Shown: positions 26,512 to 37,200 of the stretch, piece after piece
Layout: each line of letters starts with the position of its first letter
Numbering within the stretch: position 1 is the stretch's first letter
Source of the DNA: an uncultured Gammaproteobacteria bacterium
GTDB taxonomy: Bacteria; Patescibacteriota; Patescibacteriia; Patescibacteriales; WJLG01
Length of the DNA: 64,000 bases
Assembly (NCBI GenBank): GCA_964547855.1
Contig: CAZJPG010000001.1
Coordinates: 1,337-65,336 of the forward strand
Direction: 5' to 3'
The notes under the pieces: model-generated
The model's input: only the letters and a program-made list of their open reading frames with translations
Database searches by the model: none
Told to the model about the DNA's origin: nothing
Program-made: the position numbers and the translations under genes

Positions 26512-27068
26512 TCAAAGTATCCGTCGTTACTTAAAAAATAATTCAAATCATAAATAGCCTGCGAAAAAGCATCCTTATCTTGTCCATTATAAGAATCACC
26601 TGATGCTAGCTTGTACGTAAACCTATACCCTTTACAATCAGAAGACAGATCAGTCTCACCATCATCAAGTTTATACGTACCATCAGTAAAAACCTTTATA
26701 TGCAGCATTTCTACCGGATTGGAAGGATCTTTTATGTACAGAAAAGTAGCCTGATCCGGACCCTTTACTAAACGATAATTACCTTCTAAATAGTCCGGCA
26801 TGGCAAAAGTCGCGTTTATGGGCAGTGACTCAAAAAAACTAATGCGCGACCAAGATGCCGCCGACATCCTCATTTGCCTCGACTCCTCTACTTTTTGTTT
26901 CTGTATTTCAACTTTCTTCTCAGCTCCATTCTTAATAACAACGACCAATGTCGCAATGATTGCTAACACTAAAATTAAAACACCAGCCACTAACAGCTTC
27001 TTTTTGCTCCCATTAAAAGATTGACTTGAAAATGCTCCCCCTTTTTTATTCCAGGATTGAATGCCCAT
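26493..27068 (-). CDS. membrane-anchored hypothetical protein
   Basis: 191 aa. A single TM (LLVAGVLILVLAIIATLVVVI) and an extracytoplasmic domain. It overlaps the next gene by 19 nt. Confidence 0.55.
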   Translation of the reverse strand: MGIQSWNKKGGAFSSQSFNGSKKKLLVAGVLILVLAIIATLVVVIKNGAEKKVEIQKQKVEESRQMRMSAASWSRISFFESLPINATFAMPDYLEGNYRLVKGPDQATFLYIKDPSNPVEMLHIKVFTDGTYKLDDGETDLSSDCKGYRFTYKLASGDSYNGQDKDAFSQAIYDLNYFLSNDGYFECRSRN

Positions 27069-27105
27069 AAAAAGGTTTATTCTTAATTCTTAATTCTTAA
27101 TTTGA

Positions 27106-28299
27106 TTAACTATATCTAATAGCATCTAAAGGATTTAACAACGCCGCGCGTTTAGCCGGGAAATACCCAGTCAATGCTCCCAATAAAGCGGAGAATACCA
27201 CCATAAAAGTTAAAAACCATAGTGGGAAATAGAAAAGATCGACAGCCACTCCGCCCATCCTCTTAGCTATCAAGCCTAAAGCAATATTAAAACCAACGCC
27301 ACCGCCAACGCCGATCACCACACCAGATAAACCTCCAAAAAATCCCATAATAACAGCCTCGGCCAAAAACAATATCTCAATAGTCGCATTGGATGCACCA
27401 ATAGTGCGCATAATGCCGATCTCTTTAGTACGCTCAAGCAAGGTAACGGTCATAGTGTTAAACATGCCAATGGCCGAAACGATAAGGGCTATACCACCAA
27501 ACACGGCCAACATGACCTGAATACCAGTAAATATCTTATTAGCTTGTTCGACTGTCTTAGACAAAGCATTAACTATAAATCCCTTATCCAAAAACTCCTT
27601 TTCCGCCTGATTTATAACTTCACGGCTAGTGACTTTGACGCGTACTCTTTCGTAATAAGGTATCGATATTTGACCAGAGAGTTCTTTCAATGGAATATAA
27701 GCGAATAAAGACGTCTCGTCATCGACTATGCCTTTAACCCTATACTGCTTATTTAGTGGAGTCTCTTGAACCTTGCCATCACTAGTCGGAACCAAAACTT
27801 TTATCGAGATATATTCCCCTACTATATCCTTGGCTTCTTTGTCAAAGAGTTTAAGGACAGCAGAAGATAGCACGATGCGATCGGCCTCATTGTCACTAAA
27901 TAACTCACCATCGGAAACCTGAACACCGGCATAACGAAAATAATTAGAGTTGACGCTTTTTAACATTATACTGGCTGTAAGGTCGCCATAAGTGACGGAC
28001 GAGCTAAAACTGGCCAAGGGAGAGACATCGTCAACATTGTTCATATCTTTAAAATCTTCGACTGCCTGATTATCGATCACGATTATTTGTGAAGGAGGCG
28101 TAACGACATCAAGAGACAACATGGCCTCTCCGAAAACGATCTTCTCCAAGAGAATCTTCTGCAAACCATAACCAAGACCGACCAAGACCACAACAGCCGA
28201 AATGCCGACGCCGATACCTAAAATCGTCAACCAGGTTCTCATCGGTCTGGTGCGGAACATTCTAGTCGCCAAGGCGAATGTATCACTTGGTTTTATCAT
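27106..28299 (-). CDS. ABC transporter permease, MacB/FtsX type
   Basis: 397 aa. TM1, then a ~220-aa extracytoplasmic domain, then three TMs. Contains the FtsX-family segment LERTKEIGIMRTIGASN. Confidence 0.8.
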   Translation of the reverse strand: MIKPSDTFALATRMFRTRPMRTWLTILGIGVGISAVVVLVGLGYGLQKILLEKIVFGEAMLSLDVVTPPSQIIVIDNQAVEDFKDMNNVDDVSPLASFSSSVTYGDLTASIMLKSVNSNYFRYAGVQVSDGELFSDNEADRIVLSSAVLKLFDKEAKDIVGEYISIKVLVPTSDGKVQETPLNKQYRVKGIVDDETSLFAYIPLKELSGQISIPYYERVRVKVTSREVINQAEKEFLDKGFIVNALSKTVEQANKIFTGIQVMLAVFGGIALIVSAIGMFNTMTVTLLERTKEIGIMRTIGASNATIEILFLAEAVIMGFFGGLSGVVIGVGGGVGFNIALGLIAKRMGGVAVDLFYFPLWFLTFMVVFSALLGALTGYFPAKRAALLNPLDAIRYS

Positions 28300-28300
28300 A

Positions 28301-29620
28301 TTATGATTTATTGGCAGTATCCACTCCCTGTGTCAAAAGTTTTTCAAAATAAGAGACGATACTAAAAATTTGATCCGGCTTAAAACCAAGACCTTTCTTA
28401 TCTACTGGTGCCTTTAATATTTCTTCAAGTTCTTCTTTGCGCAAAAGACCAGAGACACGATCTCGGACGAGCTGCTTTAACCTCATCTTCTTCTCGCGAG
28501 TCAACGCTACTTTAGTCTCTTCCATTATATAAAAAAGTATATCACTTATCACCTTGTCTTCGCGATTATAGAAAACACCAGCGTTCATGCGACGACGATA
28601 ACGGCGAACATCCTCTGACTGCTTTAATATCTGCTCGATCTTGTCAGACATCGCCTTAGCTCGATCATCTGGAAGCCCTACTCCACCCTTAAGTATTGGG
28701 ACTTTTAAATACTCATAAAAAGTGTCCCTACTAACTTTGCGTGAAAGCATTCTGGCGGTGGCCTTCTCTAGCCTGTCTAATTGCAAAAAATCCAAATCTT
28801 GAGTTAAATAATTGATTATGCTTTTCACCTTAAGTTCTTCTGGTTGGGAATAGGGATATATTTTTGATAATATTTCGATCTCTGTGACCAATACTTTTTG
28901 TTTATCAAACTTAGCGATCTGTGGTCTGTCGGGATTTGGCACCACACGAAGCAAACGCCCGTCCTTCATATAGAAAACGCGATGGCAATAATGCAACTGA
29001 GCAGCATTATGGGTGATCATAATAACCGTTTTCTTATCGCGATCGCTCAACTCCCTTAAATAATCCATGACCTGATCGGATGATTTTGAATCAAGATTTC
29101 CGGTCGGCTCATCTGCCAAAAGAATGTCTGGGTTATTTACCATGGCGCGAGCGACGGAGACTCTTTGGCTCTGTCCTCCAGAGAGCAAAGCAGGATAAGT
29201 ATCGGACTTCGTTCCCACACCAAAACGATCTAAAAGTTCCTGCGACCTTTTACGACGCTTTGGATAAGGAGATCCCATGAATGTCTGGGGCAAGGCTACA
29301 TTATCTATGACCGACAAAGAAGGTATCAAGAAAAACGCCTGATAAATAATACCTATGGTCTTAGCTTGATAGGTTACCATCTCGGCCGGAGAAAAAGCGT
29401 AAGGATTTTCACCCTTAACCAAAAGCTCGCCAGAAGACGGCTTTAAAACACCTAAAATAGCGTAAAATATAGTCGATTTTCCACATCCAGACGGACCGAA
29501 AAACGAAACGAATTCGCCAGGGAACACCTCCAAAGAGAAATCAGAAATCGCCTTGAATTCATTCTTTTTTCCAAGGTTATAGACGACTTCTGCGTTTTTT
29601 ATTTTGATTATTGGATCCAT
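28301..29620 (-). CDS. ABC transporter ATP-binding protein (MacB/LolD-like) with a ~210-aa C-terminal extension
   Basis: 439 aa. Walker A GPSGCGKST, signature LSGGQSQR, Walker B LLADEPTGNLD. The extension carries two similar segments, LKVPILKGGVGLPDDRAKAMSDKIEQIL and LKAPVDKKGLGFKPDQIFSIVSYFEKLL. Confidence 0.8.
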   Translation of the reverse strand: MDPIIKIKNAEVVYNLGKKNEFKAISDFSLEVFPGEFVSFFGPSGCGKSTIFYAILGVLKPSSGELLVKGENPYAFSPAEMVTYQAKTIGIIYQAFFLIPSLSVIDNVALPQTFMGSPYPKRRKRSQELLDRFGVGTKSDTYPALLSGGQSQRVSVARAMVNNPDILLADEPTGNLDSKSSDQVMDYLRELSDRDKKTVIMITHNAAQLHYCHRVFYMKDGRLLRVVPNPDRPQIAKFDKQKVLVTEIEILSKIYPYSQPEELKVKSIINYLTQDLDFLQLDRLEKATARMLSRKVSRDTFYEYLKVPILKGGVGLPDDRAKAMSDKIEQILKQSEDVRRYRRRMNAGVFYNREDKVISDILFYIMEETKVALTREKKMRLKQLVRDRVSGLLRKEELEEILKAPVDKKGLGFKPDQIFSIVSYFEKLLTQGVDTANKS

Positions 29621-29624
29621 TCTT

Positions 29625-31238
29625 TTATTTACCCATTTTTTTGACCCAGCCGAAGGTACCTTCGAAGTTCTTCAAGATAATGTCGATGATATTCTCCTCT
29701 CTGCTTGGGGTCAATATTATGAAATCACTGGAACGAGCCTTGTTCTCTACATCGTCATAGCATTCCACCCAAAACTTATATACGGTAGACGGCAAAAGAT
29801 TGGTCGTTACTTGAGTATGCTTTTGAGTATAATCGGTCTCGATAGGCAATTCATCCACCTTGTCTGGGGCGGTCAATCCCTGATGAAAGAAAAACTTACA
29901 AACAGCCTGCTCGTCCGTTTCCCAAGAAACAATGGTCTGAACTTTATTATCCGACCCAGCATACAAAGTAGACTCGGTCTTGACTTTAGATACGACCGGC
30001 GGTATCTCGTCTTTTATGGTCAAAAAGGTTATTGGTGCGCTTTTGGTCTTATCTCCGTGCTCATTCTCTACGGTTATGACAGCCGAATAATAAGTATCGT
30101 ATTTCAAACTAGTCAAGCGGACGTTATGAATCGTCGTAAAAGCGGACGAGCCCTCCATTCTAGTGTCGTTATTGTCCAGATTGGTGTACTCGACCAAAGA
30201 GGAGCAAGGAATGTTCGTGGTAAAAGTTATAGTCGCTGCATCCTCCTCTATCTTGGCTATACTAATATTATATATCTCCGGCAAAACCGCCTTGGTCACG
30301 AAGACATGATCGGTCGAAGCACTCTTTTGACCAAGAGTTGTTTCCGAAGAGACCATAAAATGGTAAGTCGTGGCAGCATTTAAGCCGGTGACGGCAACTT
30401 CGTGATCAGTGACGGAATCTTCGAATTTACCCTCGGACCAACGGTAGGGATCTTCAACGGTCTCATTGTACTCGCCTTCCTGAACTAAAGACACTACAGA
30501 ATTAGCTTCCTTATTCGTTCTCCACTTTATGATAGCGTAATCCACGCCGGTCTCGACATCGATCTGATCAAGTATTATCTCCAACTTATCGGTCGCCGAC
30601 TCGGCTTGTTGCTCTATTTGCTGTTGAATTATCTCCAGAACTTTCTCGCTCTGTACTTGATTTATTTGCTGTAATATTTGAGTCAATTGTTCGGTTGTTA
30701 TCTCTTCGTTGACCGGCATCTCGAATTGGCCTTCCGTGGTCGATGGTCCAGGATACTGCCCTTCCTGCTCCGAAGGACCAGGGGATTTGCCCTCTTGCTC
30801 GCTTATGTTTTCCTCTTTAATCACCCCCACCGTCGTAAATGTATAATCACTGGAAATCGTCTGATTGCCATCTTGATCTGTCGATACCATACGAAAATAA
30901 TACGTAGTATCAGGAGCTAAGTCATCTAATAATATTTCATGAACCTTTTTGTCATAAAAAGGATCCCTAGCTATTCCATAATTACGATTCAAACCATAGT
31001 TGACCATCGAATCTGATTCTTCGTCGGTATTCCAGGTGATTATAGCCGAAGTGGCTGTCACCGACTCTACCCGAGAATTATATATCTGCGGCGGGATCTT
31101 ATCGTTCGATGCCGCTTCGGCGCGGTTAAAATCGAATGCCATCAAAACAAAGAAGGCTGTGACGAAACAAATCGCCAAAGAAAGAATGAAAACTACGCTA
31201 TTCGCCCAAAAAATATTCTTATTCATCTTTGATACCAA
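29625..31238 (-). CDS. membrane-anchored protein with about four FN3-like domains
   Basis: 537 aa with an N-terminal TM. Repeated pattern ...SAIITWNTDEESDSMVNYG...PDTTYYFRMVSTDQDGN. Linker SEQEGKSPGPSEQEGQYPGPS. TTG start sits 9 nt after GGGGAG. Confidence 0.7.
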   Translation of the reverse strand: MVSKMNKNIFWANSVVFILSLAICFVTAFFVLMAFDFNRAEAASNDKIPPQIYNSRVESVTATSAIITWNTDEESDSMVNYGLNRNYGIARDPFYDKKVHEILLDDLAPDTTYYFRMVSTDQDGNQTISSDYTFTTVGVIKEENISEQEGKSPGPSEQEGQYPGPSTTEGQFEMPVNEEITTEQLTQILQQINQVQSEKVLEIIQQQIEQQAESATDKLEIILDQIDVETGVDYAIIKWRTNKEANSVVSLVQEGEYNETVEDPYRWSEGKFEDSVTDHEVAVTGLNAATTYHFMVSSETTLGQKSASTDHVFVTKAVLPEIYNISIAKIEEDAATITFTTNIPCSSLVEYTNLDNNDTRMEGSSAFTTIHNVRLTSLKYDTYYSAVITVENEHGDKTKSAPITFLTIKDEIPPVVSKVKTESTLYAGSDNKVQTIVSWETDEQAVCKFFFHQGLTAPDKVDELPIETDYTQKHTQVTTNLLPSTVYKFWVECYDDVENKARSSDFIILTPSREENIIDIILKNFEGTFGWVKKMGK

Positions 31239-31295
31239 TAAAAACTTCTCCCCTTCTTAATTATTATATACTAAATCGGAAAAAACCGGAAAGAA

Positions 31296-34200
31296 TTACC
31301 AATCAAGATCGTCCAAGGCTGCACTTAAAGTCGTAGAACCCTCGAATGTTCCAGCAGTGGTCGTCGCCGGCAAGCCGATTCCCCAATAAATATTATCAGT
31401 GACATCCGTGTCAGATATCGGTTTACCAAGAGCCAAGTTGACCAAAACAGGAATCGGCGACAAAGGATTGCCAGAGGAATAATTAAACCCAGAAGTTAAA
31501 CTCCACTCAACGTTATTAGCTGATATATAGCTATTAATGGCATTTCTCAAAGAAGATCCGTCCAAATCGCCGTTCAACGGAGAATTACCATTATTAACTA
31601 TGGTCACTTCTTGATTGGTCGCACCAGTATTATCACCAGGGCCCATGCCAGAACCGAAATCGATCAAATTTTCCGTAATATCCAAAGCTGAGTTAGTATT
31701 AAGCTCGACGCCAGCCGAAGATGTGGCTGAGTAGTTTGACCCATCATAGACTTGCAAACGAGACAACCAATTGTCCGCCTCCCATGGATTATTGGTCGAG
31801 TCGTCAGTAGGGATGGCGTAAAACTTCATGTTGGCTGTACAAGTGTAAGTAGCCACGTAATCGTCTGCTCCTGTGCAATTACTAACCACACAGTTAGCGG
31901 TACTTATCGGGTAACAATTATTTCCATTAGAGGAACAGTTATACCCACCGGAAACGCTAGAAAGATAGATCACGCCAGTGGCCGAAACCAATGACTGGCA
32001 ACCATTTTGATCGGTGACCGAAGCGCCTATTATCTGTACTTGTTTATCAGCTGCGCCTTTAATATTAACCGTTATCGGATTGCCATTATTTAAAGTTATG
32101 TTGCCGAGTACTGGTGCAACATTATTAATGGTATAAGTACTGCTGCGAGAGGCAGGAGAAGAAGCCGCGCCATGGCTATCAAAGACATATCCATAATAAG
32201 TATTGGCGCCTGGTGGGGTTGGGGCGGTATCGACAAAATCACAAGAAGGGTTGGATGACGTCAATCCAGTCGAAGAACACACTGTCTGACCAGAGGCACA
32301 ACCAGTACCGAAGGTCGCTGAATTCGTGCGACATACATAAAAATACATGGAATCATCAGGTCCATCGACATCCGTATCGGCTCCGGTCGCACTTATAGTG
32401 AATGTTCCTCCTGGGTCGCGGAAATTGACCGTGGTGCTTAGTGCTGTGTATGTCGGACGATGATTGACCTTAACTGGCGATGAGCTAGCTTCTTGCGGAG
32501 ATTCTCCTTGGCTGACGGTAGAGCATTTTGAAACGCCAGCGCCCCACTTCAAGTCGCAAGCAAAGGCATACCAATCCAAAGATTCCGTACTCGTCGATAC
32601 AGCATAAGAACAACTGGCCCAATCCGATGAGGAGGCTAAGCCGGAAATACAGTATGCTCCACCGGCACAAGTCGGGGCAGTGCCATTACCAGTAATAATT
32701 TGATCTGTCTTACAAACAGCCAGATAATACTCATTTAATTGAGCATCGGTGGCCATGGCCGAGAACGTGACATTCGTACCATTTAAAGTCGGAGTCGATG
32801 TCGCCGACCCACCATCGCTTGGCAAATAAGTGAACGTTGGGGCGGTATTAGTATTACCAGCTAAAGTAAGCTCGGCATAACGATCATAATAATCCAAAAG
32901 CGAACCAGAGGAATCGACGGCGCGGAAGCAATAAGTCGCTCCCTCACCAGCATTATCATTGGCGTTCAACACCCATTCTAATTCAGTATATTGATCCTCC
33001 TTTAAAGTAGACTGGGCGGAGCTAGTGCTAGGATCCTCAACGGCTGAACCAGTTATAAAATAATATCCTTCACTGTCCGAGAACTCTTGAGATGTCGGCT
33101 CGCCATTATTTATATAACTACTGGCGGACATCTCGAAGTGTTCGGTCGTAGCACTAACAGGAACGTCATGCCAATCTCCGATACCAGTCGAACAATTGAT
33201 CGAAGTAGAGGCATATTGCAAGCCAAAACGATATCCAGAGGCAGTACCGCCCGAAGTATTGGCAACCGACAAACGTAAGCGAATATTATTATTTTTAGTT
33301 ATATATGTACCAGTGGTCGGATCTCCTGTGTCCTCTGCCTCTCTCCAAGTGGCGATATTATTGTATTCGGTTTGTTGCGGCGTGATCGACTTAATGAATT
33401 TTCCGCTACCAACACCAATACTGGCCTGACTATTATAATTAGCCATAACCCAGTCTTTAGTGGCCTTGGAACTCATCAATCTCACTTCATCCATCTTACC
33501 ATCGAACAAGTATCCAATCCTTAATGGAAGAGTGTTGGCCGATGGTCCGGAAGAGAAAGTAGTGGAAGCTCGAGAAGATCCACCAAGATACAAATTCAAT
33601 CCTGATGTATCGCCAGTTAAAGTGAAATACTGCCAAGAGGTCGAAGCTACTGAATAATCGACGGTGCTAGTGCCATAGAAAGCTGATAGATATCCGGCCT
33701 TCAATGAAACTTGATACTCCTGCTTATCGATCAAAATCCTTGGATTAGACGTATATCTCATTCCCTCCGTAGTGGAAGATATGCGCCACTGTGCCTGATA
33801 ATCGGCTGCGCCATTAGAGACGAACATCACGAAAGTATTCCATCCTTGCTTAACGGTGTAATTAAAAGATTGATCGTCCACGACCATAGCTTGAGCGGCT
33901 GACTCGAAATGAACTTGATGTCCATTGATCCAAATGACCCTCGAATCGTCTGAACCGCAAGAGAAAGTCACTTGCTTTTCCCGCGGCGAATATATATAAG
34001 TCACCAAATAAGACTCGGCATTGTCAGCTGTACCATTCCAAAGGTCCGTGTTGGCGAAATTCACAGTGTACTGCGTTCCCGTATAAACACTAGCCAAACT
34101 AGTATCAATAACCTTCCAGAATCCTCCCGTGGCCCAAGTCGATTGTCCATACAAAGCCCCAGCGTAAGGATTTATGGCGGCAGGAGAGAAGCCGCCTGAC

Positions 34201-37200
34201 GGAGTGATATCCGTGCCGCCGGTAGAAGTCCAGTACATTCCAGCGATCTGATAGCGAGCGTAGCCACCAGTCTCAAAAGCCAAAGGCTTAGCTGTTGTAT
34301 CAGGGTTAAACCAACCGGAAGCAGTAAAATTACCGGTCATATCTAAAGAATTGGCATCGACCACCGATAAGTGATCATTGGTGCCGTCGAAATCGTCGGT
34401 GCCGTCTATATTGGTCGAACCATCTTCATCACCATCATACCCTTCAGTAGAAGCATTGTTAGCGTTGGAAGTGGAATCTAACCGCGTAGTCGAAGCACCT
34501 GCCTCATCAAGATGCCAAACCGCTTTGTAATTAGAATTCCACGTTCCAGCATTATTAGCTTGCGAGGAGCTGGTTGTGGCGTTGCCATAATATATGAATA
34601 GCTGAGTGTCTTTTTCAGCATAAAGATTTGGAACTTCTACCCAGGCTACCAACTCTCCAGTAGTGCGATCATATTTCTCTATTTGATGGTCCATTTTGAC
34701 TTGAGTACCAGAAGCATTGGTGAAAATTATATCCCAGCCAAAGCTGCCTTGTACATAACCGCCCGAGGAGGTTCCTCTTAAATCGGTGTCCGTAAAAGCT
34801 ATTAATACTGGGAAATTAGACAAAGAGGCCGTGCCAGGTATCTTATCTGGGTCAAGGACCATTTCCTTGCGATATAAGTAGTCATTGTCATACCAAGACT
34901 CTTGCCCAACATATCCATTGTCATTGCGCCAACGATAGTGCTTCTGACCAATAGAAGAAACCATGGTCGAGGTGGACACATAATATTGATCAGTCCTAAG
35001 AGTAGCACTGCCGGTGGTTTGATAAACTCGCCAATAGACATAGCCATTAGTGTCATAATATTCATTCATCTTATAGCCGACCGAACCTGTCAAAGTAAAA
35101 TCGGTGTTGGCCGCGGCACTATTATTATAAGAGACCGTTACCCAAGAATTTGTGCTTCCAAAATGATATACCTGCAAGTACACGGGATTACTGCTTGGAG
35201 CCAATGATGACTGGCCATTCCAATTGGCAGTGACAGCATAGTTATGGTCTTTGTGTTTAGTAGCGAAATTATAGATCGTATAGGCAGGGGTTGCTGTCAT
35301 GGTGTCATACGAAGAGTCATCAACAGAAACCGCAGTATAACCTGGATTATCAAGGAAATACGTCAAGTCATTATTGTTCGATGGCAACGAAGAAGGATTA
35401 TTCTTGGAATATTTTCTAGAAGCGGATCCGTTTATGGTCAATGTCGGATATACCGTATAGCCATCAAACGTCGAACTACCAGTACCATCGATCAATCGTA
35501 GTCTGTAAGTTTTACCAGCGATCGTATTGACCGTCTGCAAAGCAAAGGCTAGCTCGCTATAAGTATTCAACGGGAGATTGTAATTATTGGAAAGGTTAGT
35601 CCCCTCTTGCCACAAACCATTGGCCCAAGCATTGCCATTGACCGCACATTTGCGACCAGTCAAAGCATCACCGTTCGCACCAGACAAGCCATAAGAATAG
35701 CTTATGGCAGTACTACCACCGACATCGACCCAGACCCCTGGGGCGTCGGTGTTATTCTCGAACTGGACCTTATAACGCTTATTATAAGTTTGATCGGTGC
35801 CGACGTTCTCTATCTGGAAGCGAGCGACGAAACGCTGACCTTTTTCCATGTTATTCAATGGCACATCGGCTAAACCCGGAGAAGTGTTAAGATTCACCGA
35901 AGCTCCGTCGTCATTCTCTATCAAATACGATGTTTGATTGATGACATAACCGGCTGTCGTCGACGATATCATCATTGGCGTAGCGCTAGCCTTATTTCCG
36001 GCGCGATCGTAAGCCCAAATATTAAAGGTGTAATCCGAAGACTTAGCAAGACCAGCGACTGTTCCAGTGGAAGCTCCATTGAAATCGATCGCCAAAAGAT
36101 TCGTATCGCTATATTCGGAATCGTATTCGGTGACAGCGGTCGTAGAGCTCTTGGTATAGAAGATGCGATAACGATAGAAATTGGTCTCGACAGTGCTAGT
36201 TCCGAAACCGACGGTTATCGAACCACTGGTATTACTAACATAACTCAACCAACCAGGTGCCGTTGGCGGAGTCGTATCAACACGAAGGTGTGTGCTAGTG
36301 GCAGAAGAGAAATTAACCCAGCTCGCCGAACAAATATCATCATCATCGCAAACTAAAGCCTGCCAATGATAGGAGCCATCTGGGATGCCAGTTACCGAAG
36401 ATGTCGCGATGAACGGCGTAGCACTGAAATCGCTTGGAGCACCGACATAGTTCACCAACCAAACCTTAGAAGCACATGAATTATAAGCCGTTCCAGAGAT
36501 ACATGCTCCAACTGGGGCAGTCGTCGTCGTTATATAAGCCGTGCTCGTCGGAACAAACTGGAAAAAGACTGTCGGCATCTCCGCCGTATCTGGATCGCGA
36601 GCCTCGGCATACAAAACAACGGAATCCTGATTAGACCAATAATTTGCCGGCAAGGTGGTGGTGCCATTAACAAGACTTTGGGAAAGATTCTCTGCTAACT
36701 CTGGATAAGAATCGACTGAAACGCGCAACCGTATCTGATCGACATAGGCCGTAATATCAGTAGTGGAAGAATTCAGTGCATGGACGCGAGCATCAAGATT
36801 TATTATGTCATTCCAAGTCCAGCTAACCGGGGCATTCGAATCGTCGGTTATGTCTACATAATATGTGCCATCGCCATCGACACTGCCGAAATTAGTACCA
36901 TCGATAGTGGAAGTGGCTCCCCAATTTATTCCAGAGAAGATCGGTATTATCTTATAATCGACGAAATCTGGCCCATTAGTGTAACCCTCTATGCCAAGTT
37001 CGACGCCAAATATGGTCTTAGTCGAAGCCGGAGCATTATTAGCCGTGCCCAAAAGATAATTACCAGAATCGTTGGCAGAATTGCCAGGAACCAATCTATA
37101 AGCATAAGTATTATCGACTACATCCCAGGCGTAAGGAGAATCGATCCACCCAGAGGTAACTCCAGTAGTGTAGACATAAGTTTCTGTGACCGTATTAGAA

